Assembly: GCA_002104905.1 (NCBI GenBank)
Contig: MCFE01000371.1
Coordinates: 1 to 64,000 of the forward strand
Source of the DNA: Basidiobolus meristosporus CBS 931.73
Taxonomy: Eukaryota > Fungi > Basidiobolomycota
DNA: 64,000 nt
Reading direction: 5' to 3'
Of the stretch, positions 1 through 11,245 are shown in pieces. Numbering within the stretch: position 1 is the first letter of the stretch; the number at the start of each line of letters is the position of its first letter. A program made the position numbers and the translations under genes. The notes beneath the pieces are model-generated. The model ran no database searches. It had not been told where the DNA came from and was given only the letters and a program-made list of their open reading frames with translations.

Positions 1-225
1 TATACTTGTTTGCTCATCCCAGAGAAGCGCCCTTTAGTGCTTTTTGGAGAGTTTTATGAGATGGCTGTACTTGGGTAAGGTAAATAGAACACCTCAAATG
101 GGAATTCGACCAAAGTTTTGTATGCTTTGGTATTTTACCCCTGAGTATTTGTGTAATGTTCTATCTGTTCTCACATTAGGCAATTTTGTTATCGAATATT
201 GAAGGAATCGTATGTACATGTACTT

Positions 226-296
226 GCGTTAATAGTATAGCGGTAGAATAACTGCCTTCCAAGCAGTTGGCCTGGGTTCGACTCCCAGTTAACGCA
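226..296 (+). tRNA. tRNA-Gly(TCC)
   Basis: Cloverleaf GCGTTAA...TTAACGCA; anticodon arm CTGC-CTTCCAA-GCAG; T-loop TTCGACT; followed by TTTT. Confidence 0.96.
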
Positions 297-537
297 TTTT
301 GTCCCCCAGCTGTTTAAATGTTTTCTACTATGACTCATTAGTGACCAATGTTTGGATGAAGGCAAAGTGGAGGATACCACTTTTTCTCGTTGCAGCAGTC
401 CCCGTGGGTTGTAGGCTTGGCAGGAATAATCAGTATGTGAAGCCAGTGAGGGAATTGGATTCAGCCAGCTGGGTCAATAACACACAGGCTGTAATTGCTG
501 TTTTTCAATGGAATGCAGAAATCCTATCGATATAAAT

Positions 538-609
538 GGTTTCGTGGTGTAATGGTTAGCACCCAGGACTTTGAATCCTGTAATCCGAGTTCGATTCTCG
601 GCGAGACCT
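538..609 (+). tRNA. tRNA-Gln(TTG)
   Basis: GGTTTCG...CGAGACCT; anticodon arm CAGGA-CTTTGAA-TCCTG; T-run follows. Confidence 0.96.
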
Positions 610-819
610 TTTTCTTAATTCAAAATATTCGTTTTGTTACGCTCACTAAAATGCTGCAATAAAGCTTTTCTACTCCGCAGGATGGCCTCGGGTGGACGGC
701 TGGGTTGCTTATTGCCGGGGCTGCCACATAGTTGTTGAATGGCCCGCACATGGAATCCATTATTGCATCAGTCGAAATGGTCTCCACCTAAGTATGAGAG
801 TCGCCTTGGTAATAAGAGT

Positions 820-891
820 GGCTCTATGGTCTAGTAGTATGATTCTCGCTTTGGGTGCGAGAGGTCGCGGGTTCAATTCCCGCTGGAGCCC
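820..891 (+). tRNA. tRNA-Pro(TGG), with A instead of the conserved G18
   Basis: GGCTCTA...TGGAGCCC; CTCGC-TTTGGGT-GCGAG; D-loop AGTAGTA. Confidence 0.93.
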
Positions 892-1079
892 TTTCCTTTT
901 GCATTTTTCATATATCAAAACACCCCCACTATTCCTCTTACATGAGCAATTTCCAGGCTATCATTTATTTTAGCCGTGCTACCTTTCGTATATGGGTCTC
1001 GTAAGATCCTTCAAAATCACCGGCGTTTTCAGCATCAATATCAGACTAGACTATAGATTTTATGAAGAGTACAGTAAAG

Positions 1080-1151
1080 TCCTCATTGGTCCAGTGGTTA
1101 GGATTTCTCGCTTTCACCGAGACGGCCGGGGTTCGATTCCCCGATGGGGAA
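1080..1151 (+). tRNA. tRNA-Glu(TTC)
   Basis: TCCTCAT...ATGGGGAA; TCTCG-CTTTCAC-CGAGA; T-arm CGGGG-TTCGATT-CCCCG. Confidence 0.96.
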
Positions 1152-1451
1152 TTATTTTTCTAGTACAATGGCGCTTTTTCCTGCAGATAGGTATCATCAG
1201 ACGGAATACTTGAATGGATTTCTGAGGAGCAACGATGAGGCATTCGGGGGCTTTGATTTATTTATTCTCGTACCCACTAATATTCTATTATTGGCATTCC
1301 TTTCGGGTGTCCTTATTTTGCTAATTAAGATCTACAAAGGCATCGATGGAATGGAAAGCAGCCTTCAATATACTAAGGACAAAACCTGTGCCTGTGCACA
1401 CTCTGTGCTGTAAAGATGATGATATCATTTCCGGACTTGAGACATATACAA

Positions 1452-1525
1452 GTCTTCGTGGTGTAGTTGGTTATCACGTCTGTCTAACACACAGACGGTC
1501 CTCGGTTCGAATCCGAGCGAAGACA
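1452..1525 (+). tRNA. tRNA-Val(AAC)
   Basis: GTCTTCG...CGAAGACA; TCTGT-CTAACAC-ACAGA. Confidence 0.96.
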
Positions 1526-1694
1526 TGTTTCTTTTAGTTTTTTGAGTACGCTTCGCATTTTGATCAACCATTAGAGTAATAGTTAAAAGTAGTATGCTTG
1601 AACTAAATACACGGCTGGTGGCCAGAATTTTATTGCGCTCAGTAACAAAAGGTTGAAAGCATAATGCAAATCAACTGGAGCGGAGCAAAAGAAG

Positions 1695-1766
1695 GGGCTC
1701 AACCGGGAATTGAACCCGGGACCTCTCCCACCCTAAGGGAGAATTATACCACTAAACCATTGAGCC
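1695..1766 (-). tRNA. tRNA-Pro(AGG)
   Basis: Minus strand GGCTCAA...TTGAGCCC; CTCCC-TTAGGGT-GGGAG. Confidence 0.96.
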
Positions 1767-1980
1767 GCTTACACATAGTCTCGTAATTAATGTTTATTTC
1801 AGAATATATTTTCTTAACACACTCACTATCTTGATGGTTTATTTGTGCGAAAATAGTATGTTTCCGTAGAAACATCAAGGTATATGTCAGAGCAATACAT
1901 AGACCCATTTGACAGCAAAAGTGTATCTTCGCTTATCCATAGTATTGAAAATGGTATCTCTTGGATCCCACAATTGATAA

Positions 1981-2051
1981 GCCATTGTAGTATAGTGGCA
2001 GTACATCGCGTTGTGGCCGCGTCGACCTCGGTTCGATTCCGAGCAATGGCA
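1981..2051 (+). tRNA. tRNA-His(GTG)
   Basis: GCCATTG...CAATGGCA; CGCG-TTGTGGC-CGCG. Confidence 0.95.
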
Positions 2052-2371
2052 TTTCATTTTTCTTGCTACCCCAGGATTGATTCCTTCTTTTTCAAGGCAA
2101 AATGTACTTAATATGTTTAACTCGCGTTGATTTTTTTTTTGCAGACTCACCTCTGTTGAACCCTTCCCTAATATCAGCCAAGCCGGGTCTGGTATACCAA
2201 TTACTGACACAGCTTGCTCATTTAAGACTACCCATAGATTTGCATGTTTGCATATATCTATAGTCAGCTCCACCGGTACACTCTAAAAATATGAAAGGTA
2301 GTTTCATACGAAATTTGGCATTCCCCTAACACAAATCATATTACTACCAGTTACCTAATCACTGGCAACAT

Positions 2372-2454
2372 GGTAACATGGCCGAGTTGGTCTAAGGCGC
2401 CGCACTCAAGTTGCGGTCTCGTAAGAGGCGTGAGTTCGAATCTCACTGTTACCA
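2372..2454 (+). tRNA. tRNA-Leu(CAA), intronless
   Basis: GGTAACA...TGTTACCA; CCGCA-CTCAAGT-TGCGG; long variable arm. Confidence 0.96.
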
Positions 2455-2910
2455 AATTCTTTTGGTCTTTTTGCTGATCGTTGAGCCTAGGCAATCGAAT
2501 CGCCAACTATTAAATAGTGCGTTGTACTTTTCTTTTTGCTCCTTGATGATCTTCCGTACCAATAGGGAGTAGTTTGGGATTACATACCTGGTGATTGAGC
2601 ACATCCGCAACAAAACGTTCGGATTAGGGTTAGTTGAAGAACTTTAAATAAATCCCACCGCCTTGGAGTGATCTTTCAAGAATGGGCTCACCAAAAATTT
2701 CAGCAAACCGGGCATGGTAATTAGTGGTGGGGAGTGCGGTCCCTCGACCATAGCGGATGGGTTTGAACCACAATCGTAGCTGGTCGGAATCTGCAGCAAT
2801 ACCACCACGCCAGCACTGCTGTGGCCAATTGTTAATACTCGTGTACCACTTATGAGTAGAGTAACCAGCAAGCCGGATAAGATAGCAACTTTAGAGAGTA
2901 GTGTATATCA

Positions 2911-2992
2911 GACAATATGGCCGAGTGGTTAAGGCGTATGACTAGAAATCATATGGGCTCTGCCCGCGCAGGTTCAAATCCTGCTGTTGTCG
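2911..2992 (+). tRNA. tRNA-Ser(AGA)
   Basis: GACAATA...TGTTGTCG; TATGA-CTAGAAA-TCATA; variable arm GGGC-TCT-GCCC. Confidence 0.96.
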
Positions 2993-3294
2993 AAAATTTT
3001 TTATTTTTTGTCCTCGTATTTTCCAACATGACTGATCTGTAAAAGCAATTCATTGGGGAGAAATACCAATTCTTGTTTTCTTTCACTCCCTAATCTCCTA
3101 TGAAGGAAGGTGCTCTCTGATCAAAACGGTGCCTTCCATCGCCCTCTGCCCACCTAATCCCTCATTTCTGATAGCTCTGGAGAATCCCACGGAATCAGAC
3201 GCATACTTGTGCTTGTTGGGAACAATGTCGGGCAAGTTGTTGCATCGCTACTAGTTAAGAACAAGATTGTATCCAATTATGGGATCATCAGTGA

Positions 3295-3367
3295 GCCCGA
3301 ATAGCTCAGTCGGTAGAGCATGAGACTTTTAATCTTAGGGTCGGGGGTTCGAGCCCCCCTTTGGGCG
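3295..3367 (+). tRNA. tRNA-Lys(TTT)
   Basis: GCCCGAA...TTTGGGCG; TGAGA-CTTTTAA-TCTTA. Confidence 0.96.
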
Positions 3368-3713
3368 CACCTATACTTTTTATTTAGCTGCTAAAGGTGC
3401 TTTTAAGTGGTGCACTTTACCAAGCTATGGGGTTTCCGGAGAGACAGCCCCGGTTCGCCTTAACCCCCTGGTATGGGCTTTGCTACCTTATACTTGTTTG
3501 CTCATCCCAGAGAAGCGCCCTTTAGTGCTTTTTGGAGAGTTTTATGAGATGGCTGTACTTGGGTAAGGTAAATAGAACACCTCAAATGGGAATTCGACCA
3601 AAGTTTTGTATGCTTTGGTATTTTACCCCTGAGTATTTGTGTAATGTTCTATCTGTTCTCACATTAGGCAATTTTGTTATCGAATATTGAAGGAATCGTA
3701 TGTACATGTACTT

Positions 3714-3784
3714 GCGTTAATAGTATAGCGGTAGAATAACTGCCTTCCAAGCAGTTGGCCTGGGTTCGACTCCCAGTTAACGCA
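3714..3784 (+). tRNA. tRNA-Gly(TCC), unit 2
   Basis: Copy of 226-296 (+3488). Confidence 0.95.
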
Positions 3785-4025
3785 TTTTGTCCCCCAGCTG
3801 TTTAAATGTTTTCTACTATGACTCATTAGTGACCAATGTTTGGATGAAGGCAAAGTGGAGGATACCACTTTTTCTCGTTGCAGCAGTCCCCGTGGGTTGT
3901 AGGCTTGGCAGGAATAATCAGTATGTGAAGCCAGTGAGGGAATTGGATTCAGCCAGCTGGGTCAATAACACACAGGCTGTAATTGCTGTTTTTCAATGGA
4001 ATGCAGAAATCCTATCGATATAAAT

Positions 4026-4097
4026 GGTTTCGTGGTGTAATGGTTAGCACCCAGGACTTTGAATCCTGTAATCCGAGTTCGATTCTCGGCGAGACCT
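4026..4097 (+). tRNA. tRNA-Gln(TTG), unit 2
   Basis: Copy of 538-609 (+3488). Confidence 0.95.
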
Positions 4098-4307
4098 TTT
4101 TCTTAATTCAAAATATTCGTTTTGTTACGCTCACTAAAATGCTGCAATAAAGCTTTTCTACTCCGCAGGATGGCCTCGGGTGGACGGCTGGGTTGCTTAT
4201 TGCCGGGGCTGCCACATAGTTGTTGAATGGCCCGCACATGGAATCCATTATTGCATCAGTCGAAATGGTCTCCACCTAAGTATGAGAGTCGCCTTGGTAA
4301 TAAGAGT

Positions 4308-4379
4308 GGCTCTATGGTCTAGTAGTATGATTCTCGCTTTGGGTGCGAGAGGTCGCGGGTTCAATTCCCGCTGGAGCCC
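4308..4379 (+). tRNA. tRNA-Pro(TGG), unit 2
   Basis: Copy of 820-891 (+3488), same A18. Confidence 0.92.
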
Positions 4380-4567
4380 TTTCCTTTTGCATTTTTCATA
4401 TATCAAAACACCCCCACTATTCCTCTTACATGAGCAATTTCCAGGCTATCATTTATTTTAGCCGTGCTACCTTTCGTATATGGGTCTCGTAAGATCCTTC
4501 AAAATCACCGGCGTTTTCAGCATCAATATCAGACTAGACTATAGATTTTATGAAGAGTACAGTAAAG

Positions 4568-4639
4568 TCCTCATTGGTCCAGTGGTTAGGATTTCTCGCT
4601 TTCACCGAGACGGCCGGGGTTCGATTCCCCGATGGGGAA
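4568..4639 (+). tRNA. tRNA-Glu(TTC), unit 2
   Basis: Copy of 1080-1151 (+3488). Confidence 0.95.
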
Positions 4640-4939
4640 TTATTTTTCTAGTACAATGGCGCTTTTTCCTGCAGATAGGTATCATCAGACGGAATACTTG
4701 AATGGATTTCTGAGGAGCAACGATGAGGCATTCGGGGGCTTTGATTTATTTATTCTCGTACCCACTAATATTCTATTATTGGCATTCCTTTCGGGTGTCC
4801 TTATTTTGCTAATTAAGATCTACAAAGGCATCGATGGAATGGAAAGCAGCCTTCAATATACTAAGGACAAAACCTGTGCCTGTGCACACTCTGTGCTGTA
4901 AAGATGATGATATCATTTCCGGACTTGAGACATATACAA

Positions 4940-5013
4940 GTCTTCGTGGTGTAGTTGGTTATCACGTCTGTCTAACACACAGACGGTCCTCGGTTCGAAT
5001 CCGAGCGAAGACA
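4940..5013 (+). tRNA. tRNA-Val(AAC), unit 2
   Basis: Copy of 1452-1525 (+3488). Confidence 0.95.
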
Positions 5014-5182
5014 TGTTTCTTTTAGTTTTTTGAGTACGCTTCGCATTTTGATCAACCATTAGAGTAATAGTTAAAAGTAGTATGCTTGAACTAAATACAC
5101 GGCTGGTGGCCAGAATTTTATTGCGCTCAGTAACAAAAGGTTGAAAGCATAATGCAAATCAACTGGAGCGGAGCAAAAGAAG

Positions 5183-5254
5183 GGGCTCAACCGGGAATTG
5201 AACCCGGGACCTCTCCCACCCTAAGGGAGAATTATACCACTAAACCATTGAGCC
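5183..5254 (-). tRNA. tRNA-Pro(AGG), unit 2
   Basis: Copy of 1695-1766 (+3488). Confidence 0.95.
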
Positions 5255-5468
5255 GCTTACACATAGTCTCGTAATTAATGTTTATTTCAGAATATATTTT
5301 CTTAACACACTCACTATCTTGATGGTTTATTTGTGCGAAAATAGTATGTTTCCGTAGAAACATCAAGGTATATGTCAGAGCAATACATAGACCCATTTGA
5401 CAGCAAAAGTGTATCTTCGCTTATCCATAGTATTGAAAATGGTATCTCTTGGATCCCACAATTGATAA

Positions 5469-5539
5469 GCCATTGTAGTATAGTGGCAGTACATCGCGTT
5501 GTGGCCGCGTCGACCTCGGTTCGATTCCGAGCAATGGCA
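5469..5539 (+). tRNA. tRNA-His(GTG), unit 2
   Basis: Copy of 1981-2051 (+3488). Confidence 0.94.
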
Positions 5540-5859
5540 TTTCATTTTTCTTGCTACCCCAGGATTGATTCCTTCTTTTTCAAGGCAAAATGTACTTAAT
5601 ATGTTTAACTCGCGTTGATTTTTTTTTTGCAGACTCACCTCTGTTGAACCCTTCCCTAATATCAGCCAAGCCGGGTCTGGTATACCAATTACTGACACAG
5701 CTTGCTCATTTAAGACTACCCATAGATTTGCATGTTTGCATATATCTATAGTCAGCTCCACCGGTACACTCTAAAAATATGAAAGGTAGTTTCATACGAA
5801 ATTTGGCATTCCCCTAACACAAATCATATTACTACCAGTTACCTAATCACTGGCAACAT

Positions 5860-5942
5860 GGTAACATGGCCGAGTTGGTCTAAGGCGCCGCACTCAAGTT
5901 GCGGTCTCGTAAGAGGCGTGAGTTCGAATCTCACTGTTACCA
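5860..5942 (+). tRNA. tRNA-Leu(CAA), unit 2
   Basis: Copy of 2372-2454 (+3488). Confidence 0.95.
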
Positions 5943-6398
5943 AATTCTTTTGGTCTTTTTGCTGATCGTTGAGCCTAGGCAATCGAATCGCCAACTATTA
6001 AATAGTGCGTTGTACTTTTCTTTTTGCTCCTTGATGATCTTCCGTACCAATAGGGAGTAGTTTGGGATTACATACCTGGTGATTGAGCACATCCGCAACA
6101 AAACGTTCGGATTAGGGTTAGTTGAAGAACTTTAAATAAATCCCACCGCCTTGGAGTGATCTTTCAAGAATGGGCTCACCAAAAATTTCAGCAAACCGGG
6201 CATGGTAATTAGTGGTGGGGAGTGCGGTCCCTCGACCATAGCGGATGGGTTTGAACCACAATCGTAGCTGGTCGGAATCTGCAGCAATACCACCACGCCA
6301 GCACTGCTGTGGCCAATTGTTAATACTCGTGTACCACTTATGAGTAGAGTAACCAGCAAGCCGGATAAGATAGCAACTTTAGAGAGTAGTGTATATCA

Positions 6399-6480
6399 GA
6401 CAATATGGCCGAGTGGTTAAGGCGTATGACTAGAAATCATATGGGCTCTGCCCGCGCAGGTTCAAATCCTGCTGTTGTCG
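6399..6480 (+). tRNA. tRNA-Ser(AGA), unit 2
   Basis: Copy of 2911-2992 (+3488). Confidence 0.95.
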
Positions 6481-6782
6481 AAAATTTTTTATTTTTTGTC
6501 CTCGTATTTTCCAACATGACTGATCTGTAAAAGCAATTCATTGGGGAGAAATACCAATTCTTGTTTTCTTTCACTCCCTAATCTCCTATGAAGGAAGGTG
6601 CTCTCTGATCAAAACGGTGCCTTCCATCGCCCTCTGCCCACCTAATCCCTCATTTCTGATAGCTCTGGAGAATCCCACGGAATCAGACGCATACTTGTGC
6701 TTGTTGGGAACAATGTCGGGCAAGTTGTTGCATCGCTACTAGTTAAGAACAAGATTGTATCCAATTATGGGATCATCAGTGA

Positions 6783-6855
6783 GCCCGAATAGCTCAGTCG
6801 GTAGAGCATGAGACTTTTAATCTTAGGGTCGGGGGTTCGAGCCCCCCTTTGGGCG
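6783..6855 (+). tRNA. tRNA-Lys(TTT), unit 2
   Basis: Copy of 3295-3367 (+3488). Confidence 0.95.
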
Positions 6856-7201
6856 CACCTATACTTTTTATTTAGCTGCTAAAGGTGCTTTTAAGTGGTG
6901 CACTTTACCAAGCTATGGGGTTTCCGGAGAGACAGCCCCGGTTCGCCTTAACCCCCTGGTATGGGCTTTGCTACCTTATACTTGTTTGCTCATCCCAGAG
7001 AAGCGCCCTTTAGTGCTTTTTGGAGAGTTTTATGAGATGGCTGTACTTGGGTAAGGTAAATAGAACACCTCAAATGGGAATTCGACCAAAGTTTTGTATG
7101 CTTTGGTATTTTACCCCTGAGTATTTGTGTAATGTTCTATCTGTTCTCACATTAGGCAATTTTGTTATCGAATATTGAAGGAATCGTATGTACATGTACT
7201 T

Positions 7202-7272
7202 GCGTTAATAGTATAGCGGTAGAATAACTGCCTTCCAAGCAGTTGGCCTGGGTTCGACTCCCAGTTAACGCA
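7202..7272 (+). tRNA. tRNA-Gly(TCC), unit 3
   Basis: Copy of 226-296 (+6976). Confidence 0.94.
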
Positions 7273-7513
7273 TTTTGTCCCCCAGCTGTTTAAATGTTTT
7301 CTACTATGACTCATTAGTGACCAATGTTTGGATGAAGGCAAAGTGGAGGATACCACTTTTTCTCGTTGCAGCAGTCCCCGTGGGTTGTAGGCTTGGCAGG
7401 AATAATCAGTATGTGAAGCCAGTGAGGGAATTGGATTCAGCCAGCTGGGTCAATAACACACAGGCTGTAATTGCTGTTTTTCAATGGAATGCAGAAATCC
7501 TATCGATATAAAT

Positions 7514-7585
7514 GGTTTCGTGGTGTAATGGTTAGCACCCAGGACTTTGAATCCTGTAATCCGAGTTCGATTCTCGGCGAGACCT
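7514..7585 (+). tRNA. tRNA-Gln(TTG), unit 3
   Basis: Copy of 538-609 (+6976). Confidence 0.94.
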
Positions 7586-7795
7586 TTTTCTTAATTCAAA
7601 ATATTCGTTTTGTTACGCTCACTAAAATGCTGCAATAAAGCTTTTCTACTCCGCAGGATGGCCTCGGGTGGACGGCTGGGTTGCTTATTGCCGGGGCTGC
7701 CACATAGTTGTTGAATGGCCCGCACATGGAATCCATTATTGCATCAGTCGAAATGGTCTCCACCTAAGTATGAGAGTCGCCTTGGTAATAAGAGT

Positions 7796-7867
7796 GGCTC
7801 TATGGTCTAGTAGTATGATTCTCGCTTTGGGTGCGAGAGGTCGCGGGTTCAATTCCCGCTGGAGCCC
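7796..7867 (+). tRNA. tRNA-Pro(TGG), unit 3
   Basis: Copy of 820-891 (+6976), same A18. Confidence 0.91.
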
Positions 7868-8055
7868 TTTCCTTTTGCATTTTTCATATATCAAAACACC
7901 CCCACTATTCCTCTTACATGAGCAATTTCCAGGCTATCATTTATTTTAGCCGTGCTACCTTTCGTATATGGGTCTCGTAAGATCCTTCAAAATCACCGGC
8001 GTTTTCAGCATCAATATCAGACTAGACTATAGATTTTATGAAGAGTACAGTAAAG

Positions 8056-8127
8056 TCCTCATTGGTCCAGTGGTTAGGATTTCTCGCTTTCACCGAGACG
8101 GCCGGGGTTCGATTCCCCGATGGGGAA
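8056..8127 (+). tRNA. tRNA-Glu(TTC), unit 3
   Basis: Copy of 1080-1151 (+6976). Confidence 0.94.
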
Positions 8128-8427
8128 TTATTTTTCTAGTACAATGGCGCTTTTTCCTGCAGATAGGTATCATCAGACGGAATACTTGAATGGATTTCTG
8201 AGGAGCAACGATGAGGCATTCGGGGGCTTTGATTTATTTATTCTCGTACCCACTAATATTCTATTATTGGCATTCCTTTCGGGTGTCCTTATTTTGCTAA
8301 TTAAGATCTACAAAGGCATCGATGGAATGGAAAGCAGCCTTCAATATACTAAGGACAAAACCTGTGCCTGTGCACACTCTGTGCTGTAAAGATGATGATA
8401 TCATTTCCGGACTTGAGACATATACAA

Positions 8428-8501
8428 GTCTTCGTGGTGTAGTTGGTTATCACGTCTGTCTAACACACAGACGGTCCTCGGTTCGAATCCGAGCGAAGAC
8501 A
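8428..8501 (+). tRNA. tRNA-Val(AAC), unit 3
   Basis: Copy of 1452-1525 (+6976). Confidence 0.94.
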
Positions 8502-8670
8502 TGTTTCTTTTAGTTTTTTGAGTACGCTTCGCATTTTGATCAACCATTAGAGTAATAGTTAAAAGTAGTATGCTTGAACTAAATACACGGCTGGTGGCCA
8601 GAATTTTATTGCGCTCAGTAACAAAAGGTTGAAAGCATAATGCAAATCAACTGGAGCGGAGCAAAAGAAG

Positions 8671-8742
8671 GGGCTCAACCGGGAATTGAACCCGGGACCT
8701 CTCCCACCCTAAGGGAGAATTATACCACTAAACCATTGAGCC
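8671..8742 (-). tRNA. tRNA-Pro(AGG), unit 3
   Basis: Copy of 1695-1766 (+6976). Confidence 0.94.
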
Positions 8743-8956
8743 GCTTACACATAGTCTCGTAATTAATGTTTATTTCAGAATATATTTTCTTAACACACTC
8801 ACTATCTTGATGGTTTATTTGTGCGAAAATAGTATGTTTCCGTAGAAACATCAAGGTATATGTCAGAGCAATACATAGACCCATTTGACAGCAAAAGTGT
8901 ATCTTCGCTTATCCATAGTATTGAAAATGGTATCTCTTGGATCCCACAATTGATAA

Positions 8957-9027
8957 GCCATTGTAGTATAGTGGCAGTACATCGCGTTGTGGCCGCGTCG
9001 ACCTCGGTTCGATTCCGAGCAATGGCA
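8957..9027 (+). tRNA. tRNA-His(GTG), unit 3
   Basis: Copy of 1981-2051 (+6976). Confidence 0.93.
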
Positions 9028-9347
9028 TTTCATTTTTCTTGCTACCCCAGGATTGATTCCTTCTTTTTCAAGGCAAAATGTACTTAATATGTTTAACTCG
9101 CGTTGATTTTTTTTTTGCAGACTCACCTCTGTTGAACCCTTCCCTAATATCAGCCAAGCCGGGTCTGGTATACCAATTACTGACACAGCTTGCTCATTTA
9201 AGACTACCCATAGATTTGCATGTTTGCATATATCTATAGTCAGCTCCACCGGTACACTCTAAAAATATGAAAGGTAGTTTCATACGAAATTTGGCATTCC
9301 CCTAACACAAATCATATTACTACCAGTTACCTAATCACTGGCAACAT

Positions 9348-9430
9348 GGTAACATGGCCGAGTTGGTCTAAGGCGCCGCACTCAAGTTGCGGTCTCGTAA
9401 GAGGCGTGAGTTCGAATCTCACTGTTACCA
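9348..9430 (+). tRNA. tRNA-Leu(CAA), unit 3
   Basis: Copy of 2372-2454 (+6976). Confidence 0.94.
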
Positions 9431-9894
9431 AATTCTTTTGGTCTTTTTGCTGATCGTTGAGCCTAGGCAATCGAATCGCCAACTATTAAATAGTGCGTTG
9501 TACTTTTCTTTTTGCTCCTTGATGATCTTCCGTACCAATAGGGAGTAGTTTGGGATTACATACCTGGTGATTGAGCACATCCGCAACAAAACGTTCGGAT
9601 TAGGGTTAGTTGAAGAACTTTAAATAAATCCCACCGCCTTGGAGTGATCTTTCAAGAATGGGCTCACCAAAAATTTCAGCAAACCGGGCATGGTAATTAG
9701 TGGTGGGGAGTGCGGTCCCTCGACCATAGCGGATGGGTTTGAACCACAATCGTAGCTGGTCGGAATCTGCAGCAATACCACCACGCCAGCACTGCTGTGG
9801 CCAATATGTTACTAGTAGTAACTCGTGTACCACTTATGAGTAGAGTAACCAGCAAGCCGGATAAGATAGCAACTTTAGAGAGTAGTGTATATCA

Positions 9895-9955
9895 GACAAT
9901 ATGCCGAGTGGTTAAGCGTATGACTAGAAATCATATGGCTCTGCCGCAGTCAATG
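9895..9955 (+). pseudogene. Corrupted, truncated tRNA-Ser(AGA) at the inversion junction (likely a sequence-quality artefact)
   Basis: Matches 2911 onward but with shortened homopolymers (ATATGCC, TTAAGCG, ATGGCTCTGCCGC) and no T-arm or 3' acceptor strand. Confidence 0.75.
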
Positions 9956-10249
9956 CTGTAGAACAGATAGAACATTACACAAATACTCAGGGTAAATACC
10001 AAAGCATACAAAACTTTGGTCGAATTCCCATTTGAGGTGTTCTATTTACCTTACCCAAGTACAGCCATCTCATAAAACTCTCCAAAAAGCACTAAAGGGC
10101 GCTTCTCTGGGATGAGCAAACAAGTATAAGGTAGCAAAGCCCATACCAGGGGGTTAAGGCGAACCGGGGCTGTCTCTCCGGAAACCCCATAGCTTGGTAA
10201 AGTGCACCACTTAAAAGCACCTTTAGCAGCTAAATAAAAAGTATAGGTG

Positions 10250-10322
10250 CGCCCAAAGGGGGGCTCGAACCCCCGACCCTAAGATTAAAAGTCTCATGCT
10301 CTACCGACTGAGCTATTCGGGC
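10250..10322 (-). tRNA. tRNA-Lys(TTT), inverted copy
   Basis: Reverse complement of 3295-3367. Confidence 0.93.
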
Positions 10323-10624
10323 TCACTGATGATCCCATAATTGGATACAATCTTGTTCTTAACTAGTAGCGATGCAACAACTTGCCCGACATTGTTCCCA
10401 ACAAGCACAAGTATGCGTCTGATTCCGTGGGATTCTCCAGAGCTATCAGAAATGAGGGATTAGGTGGGCAGAGGGCGATGGAAGGCACCGTTTTGATCAG
10501 AGAGCACCTTCCTTCATAGGAGATTAGGGAGTGAAAGAAAACAAGAATTGGTATTTCTCCCCAATGAATTGCTTTTACAGATCAGTCATGTTGGAAAATA
10601 CGAGGACAAAAAATAAAAAATTTT

Positions 10625-10706
10625 CGACAACAGCAGGATTTGAACCTGCGCGGGCAGAGCCCATATGATTTCTAGTCATACGCCTTAACCACTCGGCCAT
10701 ATTGTC
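10625..10706 (-). tRNA. tRNA-Ser(AGA), inverted copy
   Basis: Reverse complement of 2911-2992. Confidence 0.93.
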
Positions 10707-11162
10707 TGATATACACTACTCTCTAAAGTTGCTATCTTATCCGGCTTGCTGGTTACTCTACTCATAAGTGGTACACGAGTATTAACAATTGGCCACAGCA
10801 GTGCTGGCGTGGTGGTATTGCTGCAGATTCCGACCAGCTACGATTGTGGTTCAAACCCATCCGCTATGGTCGAGGGACCGCACTCCCCACCACTAATTAC
10901 CATGCCCGGTTTGCTGAAATTTTTGGTGAGCCCATTCTTGAAAGATCACTCCAAGGCGGTGGGATTTATTTAAAGTTCTTCAACTAACCCTAATCCGAAC
11001 GTTTTGTTGCGGATGTGCTCAATCACCAGGTATGTAATCCCAAACTACTCCCTATTGGTACGGAAGATCATCAAGGAGCAAAAAGAAAAGTACAACGCAC
11101 TATTTAATAGTTGGCGATTCGATTGCCTAGGCTCAACGATCAGCAAAAAGACCAAAAGAATT

Positions 11163-11245
11163 TGGTAACAGTGAGATTCGAACTCACGCCTCTTACGAGA
11201 CCGCAACTTGAGTGCGGCGCCTTAGACCAACTCGGCCATGTTACC
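11163..11245 (-). tRNA. tRNA-Leu(CAA), inverted copy
   Basis: Reverse complement of 2372-2454. Confidence 0.93.

Larger units (their letters stand above)
1..9950 (+). repeat. Tandem array of a 3488-bp multi-tRNA unit (unit 1: 1-3488; unit 2: 3489-6976; partial unit 3: 6977 to about 9950)
   Basis: Sequence at 1 recurs at 3489 and 6977; all ORF-track entries repeat at +3488 and +6976 with identical translations; ten tRNA genes per unit. Confidence 0.97.

Noticed and set aside
2579-2750. U1 snRNA-like hints in the Leu-Ser spacer (ACATACCTGG, then AATTAGTGG and a G-rich hairpin about 137 nt later)
   Set aside because: The 5' end is not ACTTACCTG, the Sm site is non-canonical, and the U1-70K (GATCACGAAG) and U1A (ATTGCAC) loops are absent; an Infernal/Rfam scan of the spacers would be decisive
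3430-3475. GC-rich hairpin followed by GGTTCG, resembling a tRNA T-arm
   Set aside because: No acceptor stem, D-arm or anticodon arm can be built
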